A stretch of 64,000 bases of DNA. Origin: a bacterium (GTDB lineage Bacteria > SAR324 > NAC60-12). The notes under the pieces are model-generated. The model made no database searches. It was not told the origin of the DNA and was given only the letters and a program-made list of their open reading frames with translations. The DNA lies in the NCBI GenBank assembly GCA_965205865.1, contig CBDBHR010000030.1, positions 704,001 to 768,000 of the forward strand, given 5' to 3'. Of the stretch, positions 30,523 through 40,970 are shown in pieces. How positions within the stretch are numbered: the first letter of the stretch is position 1; the number at the start of each line of letters is the position of its first letter. The position numbers were made by a program, and so were the translations under genes.

Positions 30523-31686
30523 ATGGGAGAAACACTATTTACCTCAGAAAGTGTAACGGAAGGCCATCCCGATAAAATGTGTGACACTATTTCCGATACG
30601 ATTCTCGATGCCATGTTGTCGAAAGACCCTCGAAGCCGGGTTGCCTGCGAAACCCTGGTGACAACGGGCACGGTGATGATTGCCGGCGAGATTACCAGCA
30701 AGGCTCAAGTAGATTTACAACAAATAGTAAGGGCGGCGATCCACGAGATTGGCTACCGCGATTCGAAAATAGGATTTGACGGCGCAACCTGCGCGGTTTT
30801 GATAGCATTGGACAAGCAATCGCCTGACATTGACCAAGGCGTCAGTGAAAACGAATCAGCCGGCAAGGAACAGGGTGCGGGAGACCAAGGCGTGATGTTT
30901 GGATTTGCCTGTGATGAAACTCCCCAATTAATGCCACTACCGATTGCCCTGGCTCACCAATTGACGGAAGGATTGACGACTCTAAGGAAAAACAGAGCCC
31001 TCCCTTATCTTCGCCCTGATGGAAAATCCCAGGTAACCGTGCGCTATGTGAATGGAAAACCGGTCGAAGTGACAAACGTAGTTATCAGCACTCAGCATGC
31101 GGAGGACATCGATCAAAAAACCATTCGACGAGACATGATTGAAAAGCTCATTAACTCCGTAATCCCTTCTCATTTTTTGACTCCGCGGACAATCTATTAC
31201 ATCAATCCAACCGGCAAATTTGTCATTGGTGGCCCACAAGGGGACGCAGGGTTGACCGGACGAAAAATTATCGTAGACACGTATGGCGGGATGGGACGCC
31301 ATGGTGGAGGCGCTTTCTCCGGGAAAGATCCTTCTAAAGTAGACCGGTCCGCAGCCTATGCGGCCCGCCATGTTGCCAAAAATATTGTCGCTGCAGGATT
31401 GGCAAGTCGTTGTGAAGTCCAATTGGCTTATGCCATTGGAGTATCGGACCCTGTTTCTGTGGCTGTAGATACGTTTGGTACCCATCGAACCTCGGAGGAC
31501 ACAATTTCTCAATTGATTCGAGACAATTTCAACTTGAAGCCCCGCGGGATTATCGAGAGTTTGAACCTGCTGAGACCGATTTATAAAAAGACGGCTGCCT
31601 ATGGCCATTTTGGTCGGGAATTGCCTGAGTTTACCTGGGAACACATAGACAAGGCGCATCAACTGAGACAACAAGCCGGACTTTAA
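30523..31686 (+). CDS. metK: S-adenosylmethionine synthetase
   Basis: [28 protein letters not shown]. Confidence 0.98.
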   Translation: MGETLFTSESVTEGHPDKMCDTISDTILDAMLSKDPRSRVACETLVTTGTVMIAGEITSKAQVDLQQIVRAAIHEIGYRDSKIGFDGATCAVLIALDKQSPDIDQGVSENESAGKEQGAGDQGVMFGFACDETPQLMPLPIALAHQLTEGLTTLRKNRALPYLRPDGKSQVTVRYVNGKPVEVTNVVISTQHAEDIDQKTIRRDMIEKLINSVIPSHFLTPRTIYYINPTGKFVIGGPQGDAGLTGRKIIVDTYGGMGRHGGGAFSGKDPSKVDRSAAYAARHVAKNIVAAGLASRCEVQLAYAIGVSDPVSVAVDTFGTHRTSEDTISQLIRDNFNLKPRGIIESLNLLRPIYKKTAAYGHFGRELPEFTWEHIDKAHQLRQQAGL

Positions 31687-31760
31687 CTTCAAGTCCCCGA
31701 CGGACTCCTGCAGAGATCCGCGCAAGCCAGTATCTGTTGTCCGGCATGTGAAGCCGCTTG

Positions 31761-32030
31761 ATGATCACTGAAACTATCACAATCGCCAATCGTCTGGGTC
31801 TGCATGCAAGAGCCGCAGCTCTTTTAGTCAAACTCTCCAACACCTTCCAATCTGAAATTCAAATGCGGCATGGAGGCAATTCCGCCAATACGAAAAACAT
31901 CATGGAAGTCTTGATGCTGGCGGCAACCCGGGGAACTATGCTCAATGTTTCTGCGCAAGGAGTGGATGAAAAACAAGCTATGCTTGCAGTATTGGAACTG
32001 ATTGCCAACAAATTCAACGAAGCAGAATGA
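31761..32030 (+). CDS. ptsH: Phosphocarrier protein HPr/NPr family
   Basis: NRLGLHARAA; G.DE..A. Confidence 0.9.
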   Translation: MITETITIANRLGLHARAAALLVKLSNTFQSEIQMRHGGNSANTKNIMEVLMLAATRGTMLNVSAQGVDEKQAMLAVLELIANKFNEAE

Positions 32031-32878
32031 CGATGTCCCCCTTCATTACAGGGAAAACCAAAGTATATGGAATACTTGGTTTCCCCATATCTCACACTTT
32101 CTCACCTCCTCTTCATAACTCGGCTTTCCGCAAGTTCCGAATTGAAGCTGCTTACCTGCCCTTCGAAGTCCAGCCTGAGTCCTTGCAAGCAGCAATCGAG
32201 GGAATCCGCAGTTTGCAAATTGCGGGGGTGAACGTGACCATTCCCCACAAAATCAATGTATTGCCATTTCTTGATGATATCACGCCGACCGCGCGCTTGA
32301 TAGGCGCAGTCAATACAATCCGCAATGACCGCGGCCGCCTGATTGGTACCAACACCGATGGTCATGGATTCATTCGCTCCCTCTCCCAATTTTACTTTGC
32401 GCCTGAAAATCAAACTATTTTGATGCTCGGAGCCGGGGGATCGGCTCGCTCCATTTTGGTGGCATTGGCAGAAAGCAAGGCAAAGCGTATATTTCTTATC
32501 AACCGCACTACCGAAAAAGCTCAGCTGCTTGCTGAAGAATTTTCTCCCCATTTTCCGGATACGGAAATACGAGTGGAGACCTTATCGAACCTTTTCCATC
32601 ATCCTGTTGATTTGCTGATCAACACCACCAGCCTGGGCATGAAAGACGAGGGAGTTCCAGTGGATCTGGCCCAATTTCAGACTCTTGGTCGCGTCATCGA
32701 TATCATTTATTCTCCTCGACAAACGCTCTTGCTAAAACAAGCGGAACAGCTTAAAATCCCTTTCGTCAACGGAATTGGAATGCTTCTCTACCAAGCATGT
32801 GAAGCATTTGAATTTTGGACGAATCGAAATGCGCCTGTTGCTTCCATGGAAAAACAACTATTAGCCATCTTGCATTAA
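32027..32878 (+). CDS. aroE: Shikimate dehydrogenase
   Basis: HTFSP, NVTIPHK, GAVNT, NTDG, GAGGSAR. Confidence 0.96.
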   Translation: MTMSPFITGKTKVYGILGFPISHTFSPPLHNSAFRKFRIEAAYLPFEVQPESLQAAIEGIRSLQIAGVNVTIPHKINVLPFLDDITPTARLIGAVNTIRNDRGRLIGTNTDGHGFIRSLSQFYFAPENQTILMLGAGGSARSILVALAESKAKRIFLINRTTEKAQLLAEEFSPHFPDTEIRVETLSNLFHHPVDLLINTTSLGMKDEGVPVDLAQFQTLGRVIDIIYSPRQTLLLKQAEQLKIPFVNGIGMLLYQACEAFEFWTNRNAPVASMEKQLLAILH

Positions 32879-32925
32879 GGCGTCGCCCTCTTTACGGCTC
32901 GACTTCTTCCATCCCGAATCAAATC

Positions 32926-34329
32926 ATGTCTTCCATCGTTTTTGAAATTGACGTTGCTGTTGAAAACGGATCATCCGGAGATACGGAATCATCTCCCACC
33001 ACCCCGACGGTATGGACTGTATCGCAACTAACGCGGCATATCCGTCTCACTATAGAGAAACAATTCCGATCTCTCTTGTTGGAAGGGGAACTTTCCAATT
33101 TCAAACGATCCGCGCAAGGCCATCTTTATTTTCAGATTAAGGACGACCGGAGTCAAATCCGCGGGATCATGTTTCGACAGGCAGCCAACTCCTTAAGATT
33201 CAAGCCTGCAGATGGACTTGAAGTCATTGTTCAGGGGCGCATCACGGTCTATGAACCAAGGGGAGAATACCAGATCCGGGTCTCTTCTATGGAACCCAAA
33301 GGATTGGGTTCGCTGCAACTTGCTTTTGAACAGTTGAAGGAAAAACTGCAAGAGGAAGGATTATTTGATTCCAGTCACAAACAAAAGATTCCGTTTTTTC
33401 CAAGGCGTATCGCAATTGTGACCTCGGCAACCGGTGCGGTGATCCATGACATGCTCCAAGTGCTCAAGCGCCGTTGTCCGAGTGTGTCAGTGCTGATTTA
33501 TCCGGCTGCCGTTCAGGGTGAGCAGGCGGTTCCTTCCCTGGTCGAAGCAATTGAATATTTCAATTCTCTTCAAGAAACGCAACAAATCGATGTGATGATC
33601 GTCGGTCGCGGCGGCGGATCGATTGAAGATTTATGGGCATTCAATGAGGAGAAAGTGGCGCGCGCCATTTTTCATTCCAAAATCCCCGTTATTTCCGCAG
33701 TCGGTCATGAAACGGATTTCACGATTGCCGATTTTGTCGCCGATGTGAGGGCGCCAACTCCATCGGTTGCCATGGAATTGGCCGTTCCTTCGCTGCAGGA
33801 TCTGCTGCAGATGCTGATGCTTCAGGAACAACGATTGCAGCGGGTGATGCAGCAACAAATTCAACAAAATCTGGATCTTATCCGCGCCAAAACCCGGCAA
33901 TTGCGCATTCCTGATTTTATTGTACACCAACACAAACAGCGTCTGGACGAACTTTCCCTGCGACTTCATCATCACATCACGCGCCCCTTGCAAACGCAGG
34001 AACAAAATCTCCGCCGTTTACACGAGCAGCTTGTTTTATTGAACCCACTCCAAATAATCGAATTACATCAAAACAATCTGGCAAGACTGGAAGAGAGACT
34101 GCACTATCTGCTTGAAAATCAATTACGGCAAACTCGGGAACGGATGAATCAACGCATGTCACTTCTCGACTCATTGAGTCCTATCAAGGTCATGCAACGA
34201 GGATATGGGGCTCTATTTAACAGTGCAAAGCAACCCATCCATTCTGTTGACTCGATTGAAGTTGGAGAAGCGCTTTCCGTCCATTTACAAGATGGCACTC
34301 TGAACACTGTTGTTCAAAATAAAACGTAA
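32926..34329 (+). CDS. xseA: Exodeoxyribonuclease VII large subunit
   Basis: GELSNF, GHLYF, RGGGSIEDLW, VGHETD, RAPTPS. Confidence 0.96.
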   Translation: MSSIVFEIDVAVENGSSGDTESSPTTPTVWTVSQLTRHIRLTIEKQFRSLLLEGELSNFKRSAQGHLYFQIKDDRSQIRGIMFRQAANSLRFKPADGLEVIVQGRITVYEPRGEYQIRVSSMEPKGLGSLQLAFEQLKEKLQEEGLFDSSHKQKIPFFPRRIAIVTSATGAVIHDMLQVLKRRCPSVSVLIYPAAVQGEQAVPSLVEAIEYFNSLQETQQIDVMIVGRGGGSIEDLWAFNEEKVARAIFHSKIPVISAVGHETDFTIADFVADVRAPTPSVAMELAVPSLQDLLQMLMLQEQRLQRVMQQQIQQNLDLIRAKTRQLRIPDFIVHQHKQRLDELSLRLHHHITRPLQTQEQNLRRLHEQLVLLNPLQIIELHQNNLARLEERLHYLLENQLRQTRERMNQRMSLLDSLSPIKVMQRGYGALFNSAKQPIHSVDSIEVGEALSVHLQDGTLNTVVQNKT

Positions 34330-34582
34330 TTATTCAGACGTAGGGACTGCTCTTGAAGAGACCTTAAAAAAACATGAATAAGGAACATATTTGATTCAGC
34401 GATTCACTCCTGGTGAGAAAGCCTATACGCGAAAATTCAAAACATGCTTGAAAAGATTGCATGAACAATCCTTAATAATTGGGAAGTGCGCCACTGTTAA
34501 AGAATCTTTTTTGCCTTTTCCTAATTTCGATGCTCTATAGAACCAATCAAGAGAAATTTAACAATAAAAAACAAAGGAAAAC

Positions 34583-34777
34583 ATGAACGCCATCATTACG
34601 GAAATCTCTCCCCAGCTCCAACTGAGTATGCAAAAACTGGTTGATGAAGGATAGTTCAAGAATATCAATGAACTAATGGAAGAAACGATACGGCGTTACT
34701 TAGAGTTTCACTCAATGGATTTGATGGAGCAATTCATCCAAGAAGATATTGCTTGGGGACTCCATGGCAAGGACTAA
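34583..34777 (+). pseudogene. CopG/RHH-like antitoxin with internal TAG
   Basis: MNAIITEISPQLQLSMQKLVDEG*FKNINELMEETIRRYLE...EDIAWGLHGKD. Confidence 0.65.
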
Positions 34778-35039
34778 ATCTCAATCATCCGTTGTCTGTG
34801 ATGTAGATCCCCTAATTCATCTAGATGAACTAAATCAGCTAGACCTACTTGAAGATTTTTCTAAAGTATTTATTACCAATACGGTATGGAATGAAGTACA
34901 AAAGTATTGATCTATCGACTTTTCTGAAGCCCTGTTTGAAGTAATTGCAGATCCTCCAATTGATGCTCAATTAACCACAATATCACGGGCATTTTTGTCT
35001 ACATCCCTGAGAAATCTCGACAATAGCAATAGCTCGTAA
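34764..35039 (+). pseudogene. PIN-domain (VapC/DUF3368-like) toxin remnant
   Basis: VVCDVDPLIHLDELNQLDLL..F.KVFITNTVWNEV then TGA; overlaps the antitoxin stop. Confidence 0.65.
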
Positions 35040-35063
35040 GCAGCAAAATCTACGGCGGCCCCT

Positions 35064-36038
35064 TTACTTGTATTGGATTCGTGGATCCAGGTAGAAGTAG
35101 AGGAGGTCGATGAACAGGTTGGTCGTCATGACCACGGAGGCAAAGAAGAGGTTGATCCCGGAGATCAGCGGGTAGTCCCGGTCGGAAAGCGCATCGATCA
35201 TCAGACGTCCCAGGCCCGGGATGGCAAACATCTGCTCCATGATCACCGAGCCGCCGACGAGGATCGGCAGTTGCAGACCGACGAGCGTCACCACCGGGAT
35301 CAGCGCGTTCTTGATGGCGTGCCGGAAGATGACCAGGCGCTCTCTGAGTCCCTTGGCCCAGGCTGTACGGATGTAATCCTGCCGGAGCACCTCCAGCATC
35401 ATCGTGCGGGTCATGCGCATCGTGCCCGCTGCCAGATAGGTCCCCAGGATCAAACCCGGAGCGATGAACATACTAAGGTGGGTGAGGGGGTCGTCGCCAA
35501 TGCGTCTGAGCCGCAGCGGCGGAGACCAGCCCCACCAGATCCCCGGAAAGATGAGGATGATCAAGGCCAGCCAGAAGTTGGGCGTGGCCAGTCCGAAGAT
35601 GGCGAAGGAGCGGCCCACGTAGTCGCCCAGGGTGTTCTGCTTGATTGCAGAGTAAATCCCGATGGGCACTCCGATCAGCAGACCGATGAGGATCGACACC
35701 AGACCCAGCTCGATGGTGACCAGTAACCGGCGAGTGATCAGCTGGCCGACCGGTTCTGGCCGCAGCAGTGGTTTGCCGAGGTCGCCGTGCAGCAGGATGC
35801 CGCCCATCCAGCGTGTGTACTGCACGTACGCCGGCACGTCCAGCCCCAACCTGCGCTCGAGCTCCGCCCGGAGTTGGGCGTCGTTTTCAGCTGTACTACC
35901 CGACGATTCAACCATTCTGAACATGAGGAGGTCGATGACGTTGCCGGGGATGAAGCGCACCGAGAAAAAGACCAGGATGGTGACCAGGAAAAAGGTGGGA
36001 ATCATCAGCAGGACCCTCCGGATGATGTACGTTCTCAT
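35064..36038 (-). CDS. ABC transporter permease, DppB/OppB-like
   Basis: Paralogue of 5654..6607. Confidence 0.95.
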   Translation of the reverse strand: MRTYIIRRVLLMIPTFFLVTILVFFSVRFIPGNVIDLLMFRMVESSGSTAENDAQLRAELERRLGLDVPAYVQYTRWMGGILLHGDLGKPLLRPEPVGQLITRRLLVTIELGLVSILIGLLIGVPIGIYSAIKQNTLGDYVGRSFAIFGLATPNFWLALIILIFPGIWWGWSPPLRLRRIGDDPLTHLSMFIAPGLILGTYLAAGTMRMTRTMMLEVLRQDYIRTAWAKGLRERLVIFRHAIKNALIPVVTLVGLQLPILVGGSVIMEQMFAIPGLGRLMIDALSDRDYPLISGINLFFASVVMTTNLFIDLLYFYLDPRIQYK

Positions 36039-36165
36039 GGCCTCTATCGCATGGTTTCTGACGGAGCTGCGCCGGAGTGCAGCTCCGTTATTGCAATGAT
36101 AACTGATTGGGCTCCAACCGCATCCATCGAACTGACAGAATCCAGCTCAGAACCCAATCCTTGCT

Positions 36166-38103
36166 TCACTCCTTGTCGATCCAGAGGTACTGGAAGATGG
36201 TGCTGCGCTGATGCCCACCGAGTTCGTTTTCCCCGTTGTAGCCCTTGATCCACGGCTGGGTGGCACCAAACAGGGGAGAGATGGGCCCCCTGATGGTCCA
36301 CTGCTGCTCGATGACGCGCATGTCGGCCTTCCGCATCCACTCCTTCTGCTCCTCTATGGTAGTAGCGGCCGCTGCGTTCTCGTAGTTCTCGTCAAACACG
36401 GGGTCGCTGTTGTTCTGGGGATGCCAGCCGTTTAGCGACCAGTACGTCGCGAGGGAGCCCATGACACTGGGATGCGCCATGCCCCATACATCCGAGCGCA
36501 TACCGAGCATTGTGTGCTTCTGGGCCTTCTGAACCATGTCCGCAAGTTGTACGATCTGGATCTCGACGTCGATGCCAATCTGCCTGAGGTAATCCATGGC
36601 GATCTGGTAGTAGCCAAGGTCAAAGTACTCAAAGTGCTCATAGATGGTTTTGAAGCGAACGCCGTCCGCACCGCGCGGATAGCCGGCCTCGTCCAGCAGG
36701 TTTTCCGCCGCCTCGGGGTCATACCGATAGTACTGCTTGACCTCGTCGGGCCACTCCTCGGAGGGCATGAAATACCCGAGCACCGCTTTGCCAACACCGC
36801 CGACCAGGCTCGCATCGCCCCAACCCTGCATGTAGTTCTTGGCGATGGCCTCGAAGTCGATGGCCATGCTGATGGCCCGGCGCACCCGGATGTCGTCGAA
36901 GGGCGGTTTCTGTTTGTTCCAATTGATCGCCGTCTCCGCACGATAGGCAAACGGCCAGAGCACCAGGTCGGGATTGGTTTTCTGTAGATTCACCGCCTGG
37001 TCGACATTGGTGAGGTGCGAGTTCATCCCAAACCCAATCCAATCCGCCTGACCCGAGCGCATCAAGGACAGTATCGCCGCCGGGTCGTTGACGATAACGT
37101 ACTCGACCTGGTCTGCGTAGGGCAACCGGTTGTCGGGAAATTTCGGATCGTTGCCCCAGTAGTTATCGTTCTTGGTAAAGGTCCACGAGCTTCCCTCCAC
37201 CACGTCGGTCAGCTGATAGGGCCCCGTTCCGGTGACGTTGCGCCAGTCTTGAATGTCCCCGAATTGCTCGACTACCTCGCGGGCGACCACGTACGATAGC
37301 TGCTCGACGAGTATACTCTTCAGGGCGATGAGACTGGGCTCGCTCAACTTGAATTCCACGGTGAAATCGTCGGTAGCGGTAACCGACTCCCACTTGAGTT
37401 TCCCCACGTCAAATTGCGCTATAATCGGGCTCGGCTCACCACCGCTGAGTCCCAGGACCCGGTGAAAGGTGTACTCGACATCATGCGCAGTCAGGGGCCG
37501 GCCGTTCACCGGCGCCTTGTCGTGCCAGAAGACGCCGTCGCGGATCTTGAACACGTAGGTGAGCGGATCCGGGGTCTGCCAGCTCTCAGCTAACTGCCCG
37601 GTTAGGGCCTCCTCGGGCAGGTATAGCGTGTCAAAGCCGACGACGCTCCGGTCGGCTGCCCAGTCCGCGATGCCCAACTTCTCGTTGACCAGCCCGATCC
37701 ACCATCCCGCAGTACCCGAGAAATAAGGGTCGCTTCCCAGCGTCTTCCAATTCAGGATCGGTGTGATCGTGCCGCCATATTTGGGCACGGTCACCATCTT
37801 CCCGGTGGATGGGTCTTTGACCATCTTCTGCGCGGCCACCACAGCCGGAAAAACCCCGAGGGTGGCCACCATCAGGGTCAGGGTTAACAACACTGCTTGT
37901 ATTTTTGCAGCAGACCAGGAGCCTGCTGGGATGAGCCCCAATACGGGGGCGACAAGTTTCTTTATACTACTCATAAAAACCTCTTTTAATTGAGGGTGTT
38001 GAGAACGATTCACCCGCCAGGGGGCGAATCGGATTTTCGCGGCAGACACGACGTCTGCCACGCTAAGCCCCATGACGGGGGCGACAAATTTCTTAAAATA
38101 CAT
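36166..38103 (-). CDS. ABC transporter substrate-binding protein, family 5 (alternative start 37974)
   Basis: KDPSTGKMVTVPKYGG, GQLAESWQ, TGTGPY, PPFDDIRVRRA. Confidence 0.93.
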   Translation of the reverse strand: MYFKKFVAPVMGLSVADVVSAAKIRFAPWRVNRSQHPQLKEVFMSSIKKLVAPVLGLIPAGSWSAAKIQAVLLTLTLMVATLGVFPAVVAAQKMVKDPSTGKMVTVPKYGGTITPILNWKTLGSDPYFSGTAGWWIGLVNEKLGIADWAADRSVVGFDTLYLPEEALTGQLAESWQTPDPLTYVFKIRDGVFWHDKAPVNGRPLTAHDVEYTFHRVLGLSGGEPSPIIAQFDVGKLKWESVTATDDFTVEFKLSEPSLIALKSILVEQLSYVVAREVVEQFGDIQDWRNVTGTGPYQLTDVVEGSSWTFTKNDNYWGNDPKFPDNRLPYADQVEYVIVNDPAAILSLMRSGQADWIGFGMNSHLTNVDQAVNLQKTNPDLVLWPFAYRAETAINWNKQKPPFDDIRVRRAISMAIDFEAIAKNYMQGWGDASLVGGVGKAVLGYFMPSEEWPDEVKQYYRYDPEAAENLLDEAGYPRGADGVRFKTIYEHFEYFDLGYYQIAMDYLRQIGIDVEIQIVQLADMVQKAQKHTMLGMRSDVWGMAHPSVMGSLATYWSLNGWHPQNNSDPVFDENYENAAAATTIEEQKEWMRKADMRVIEQQWTIRGPISPLFGATQPWIKGYNGENELGGHQRSTIFQYLWIDKE

Positions 38104-38189
38104 AGGGTTCTCCTGATAAAAAGTTGAAGGAATAACAATTTATTTTCGGCTGACTTGATTTCAGCATAGGCTTCTCCTTATAAAAAAAT

Positions 38190-38415
38190 GTAACTATTCA
38201 GGTCTCTGAAAAACCCTTTTAGTTAAATATCATTAAAAAAGATTCCCGGGGAGGATCGATCGTTTTCAATTCCTCTCACGATATTGTTCAATCGATCGGG
38301 AACCCTCTCATTCACTAAAATAACTCAGTGAAGGCACGATACTAGCACAACAACAACAACGCAATGTCAACCCCCTGAGGTAAAATAAATGTGGGATTCG
38401 CAAAAAAAAATAAAA
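38190..38415 (-). promoter_or_regulatory. Conserved promoter/operator/leader module, copy B
   Basis: Highly similar to 9165-9385. Confidence 0.7.
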
Positions 38416-38452
38416 ATCAATAAATCTGCTCAAATCCGGGGACAGTCAGAAG

Positions 38453-38640
38453 CCGTTTAGTTCAATAACTTTGAAAAAAGATTCCCGGGAAGGATCCATC
38501 GCTTTCACGTTCTTTCACGATATTGTTCAATCGATCGAGCGGGAACCCCTCTCCTTCCCTAAAACTACAAGGCATGATTTTAGCACTACTGCACAGCCTC
38601 AAGCCCCAAATGAAAAAATGCGGAATTCGCAAAAAAATCA
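38453..38640 (-). promoter_or_regulatory. Conserved promoter/operator/leader module, copy C (tandem, more diverged)
   Basis: aaagattcccgg.aggatc...acgatattgttcaatcgatcg...gggaacc...tgcggaattcgca. Confidence 0.65.
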
Positions 38641-38964
38641 AAAAATCAAGAAGGGGGGTGATTGATTTATTTGAAAATTGTGTAAGGCAAGGGCTCATGA
38701 GCTTCCTTTGAGCAGCGAAAGAGCAGGAACGGAGAGCAATGCTCGTGGGGTAACGGGTTGAGATCATTTTGCCAGTGTATTTCAACCCCATTTCCTCTCA
38801 AGGGAATTCGTTGAACATTGGTAAAATCGTTTGGAGCAGGTATTCCAGCAGATTGGTGGCATCAATGTGTTTCATCGTTTCTCTAAGATATGAAGATTCC
38901 ATAACATATTGAATTTATTAAATTCTTATCTCGAACTCAGGTTAGCTTAAGAAAAGAAAATCGA

Positions 38965-39370
38965 ATCGGGTAGGTAGTGGTTTTTCTCCGCTATTTCAAC
39001 ACACCACACTGCATGTGGACCCGCACAGGGCGGTTCTTTGTATTGAAGCGGACTTTGATCCATAATTGTTTGACCAACAATAATCTTTGCTCGTCAAACC
39101 ATTTGTTCGTCATTCCATGTTGGGTGGCTAAGGTTCTCGAAAGGAACCAGTAACTTTTGCTACTGAGACCGGACAAGATTGCTTGCCTCTTGTTGGCTCC
39201 CAGCTCAAGGAGATTTCGGATTCTATTTTTCGGACGTTTCCATTGTTTCCAATCATAGTTCAATGTCAGGCAATACCCGCTGAGCTAAACGTTGCGCTTC
39301 AAGGTTTTTCCATTCATGAGCAATGGCAGGATCTAATTTGCTCCAACGGAGCATATAAGGTAAAGAGGTC
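38965..39370 (-). mobile_element. Group IIC intron 3' remnant (maturase C-terminus plus domains V-VI)
   Basis: WKQWKRPKNRIRNLLELG...SSKSYW.LSRTLATQ.GMTN; D5 gaaccgccctgtgcgggtccacatgcagtgtggtgt; ends tacccgat. Confidence 0.85.
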
Positions 39371-39381
39371 AAGTCTTGACT

Positions 39382-40267
39382 TTAACCCATTTTGAAAGGG
39401 TTGATCAGTCGGGCCAGGGGGCCTCTTTGTTTGATTGTCGCCCCATAGCGGCCTCCTCCACCCCGCAGCCGGGGGTCGAGCAGGTCCCGCATGGCATCGC
39501 CAAACATGTTGAGACTATAGACGACGATTGTCAGGCAAAGTCCCGGCCAGAGCGCCATCCGGGGTGCCATCTCCATGAACTCCCGCCCTTCCCGGCTGAG
39601 CATCCCTCCCCAGCTCGGCACTTTGAGGGGCAGCCCGAATCCGAGGAAGCTCAACGACGCCTCACTGATAATCACCGCCCCGATGTTGATGGAAAAGATG
39701 ATGATGACCGGAGGGACAATATTGGGCAGGACATGGCGCATCAGGATTCTCCCTTTCGAGCAGCCAATCGCCAAGGCGGCCTCAAAATAGACATTCTCTT
39801 TGATGCCAATCACGGCGCCCCGGACCACTCGGGAGCTGCCGATGCCGCCGGCGATCCCCAGGACCACGATGATCTGAGGGAGACCCCGTCCGGCGATGGA
39901 CATGATGGTCAACAACAAAAGCAGCCCCGGGAAGGCCATCCAGGCATCGACAAAGCGCTGCACCGCCAGATCCACTTTTCCTCCCAGGAATCCGGAAATG
40001 CTGCCGATCAGGATGGCGAGGAGCACATTGAGCGCGGTTGCGGCCAGACCGACCGTTAAGGAAATTTGAGCCCCGTAGAGCAGGCGGCTGAGGAGGTCTC
40101 GTCCCAACTGGTCGGTCCCCAGGAGATACTTGTCGGATGGCTCCTGCATCCGGTCAAAGATGCTGACTTTATCATAGGGAAGCGGCGCCAGCACATCGGC
40201 AAAGACCGCCAAAAAAATAAAGATCAAGACAATGATCCCGCCGAACGTCCCCAGCGGTTTCTCTTTA
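39382..40267 (-). pseudogene. DppC-like permease lacking its 5' end
   Basis: Paralogue of 4317..5285 from KEKPLG onward; native start deleted. Confidence 0.8.
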
Positions 40268-40295
40268 ATAACCGCCTGATGATATAGATTCTCAT
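40266..40295 (-). pseudogene. First 10 codons of a dppB-like gene fused out of frame to dppC
   Basis: GAGG SD then MRIYIIRRLL. Confidence 0.7.
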
Positions 40296-40304
40296 GGGAT
40301 ATAC

Positions 40305-40400
40305 CTCTTTCCCCCCTTTCGCAAAAGGGGGGCCAGGGGGGATTTCATTGTACATGGCCTGTAAAATCCCCCTAAATCCCCCTTTTTCAAAGGGGGACTT
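40305..40400. repeat. REP-like palindrome pair (CCCCCTTT..AAAGGGGG family)
   Basis: cccccctttcgcaaaagggggg ... ccccctttttcaaaggggg. Confidence 0.75.
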
Positions 40401-40411
40401 GTCTATAAACA

Positions 40412-40717
40412 CTAATGCCCCATTTCTTTCTTCATCGCACTATCTATCCAGAGGCGGGCGAAGACATGGAGATCCGCATAATCTACAAGCTTGCTTTCAC
40501 CGTTAAAACCTGTGAGCCACGGCTGGACCGCCACAAAACTTTGGGCCATCGGAGTCCAGATCTGCCAGAACTCCTCTATTGCCCACATATTCAACTCATT
40601 AGACAGCCTGTTCATCTCCTCGATGGTAGTAGCTTCTGTGGCAGCTTTCCACTTGGCGTCATACTCAGGCAGCGAGACGTTGGAGGAGTTCCATAACGCT
40701 TTCGTTGTATAGATCAT
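40412..40717 (-). pseudogene. C-terminal fragment of a family-5 SBP
   Basis: ATTIEE...QPWLTGFNGE...RLWIDSAMKKEMGH matches the paralogue C-termini. Confidence 0.85.
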
Positions 40718-40780
40718 AGGGGGACTTTGGGTCGGACCGGATTATTTTATAGGTTTGACCGTTCGCAGCAGTCATATTTT

Positions 40781-40970
40781 AGTCCCGGAGGGACGAAAGG
40801 AAATAGCCCAGCCATTTATGACTGGGGATAGATTTTGATGGTGGATCCAGTCCTGGAGGGACGACACTGAAAGCGCACTGAAGAAAAAGTGTCGTCCCTC
40901 TGGGACTAAAAAGGTTTTGTGGCATGACCCAGCCATAAATGGCTGGGCTATGCTCTGTCACCCTTCCAGG
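40781..40970. repeat. REP-like cluster (GTCCC family), BIME-like inverted arrangement
   Basis: agtcccggagggacga, cccagccatttatgactggg, gtcgtccctctgggact, cccagccataaatggctggg. Confidence 0.8.

Noticed and set aside
38462-38880. ORFs overlapping regulatory copy C
   Set aside because: No recognisable family; they overlap a non-coding repeat
38920-38944. cttatctcgaactcaggtt as an IS terminus
   Set aside because: Single occurrence, no partner end or transposase identified
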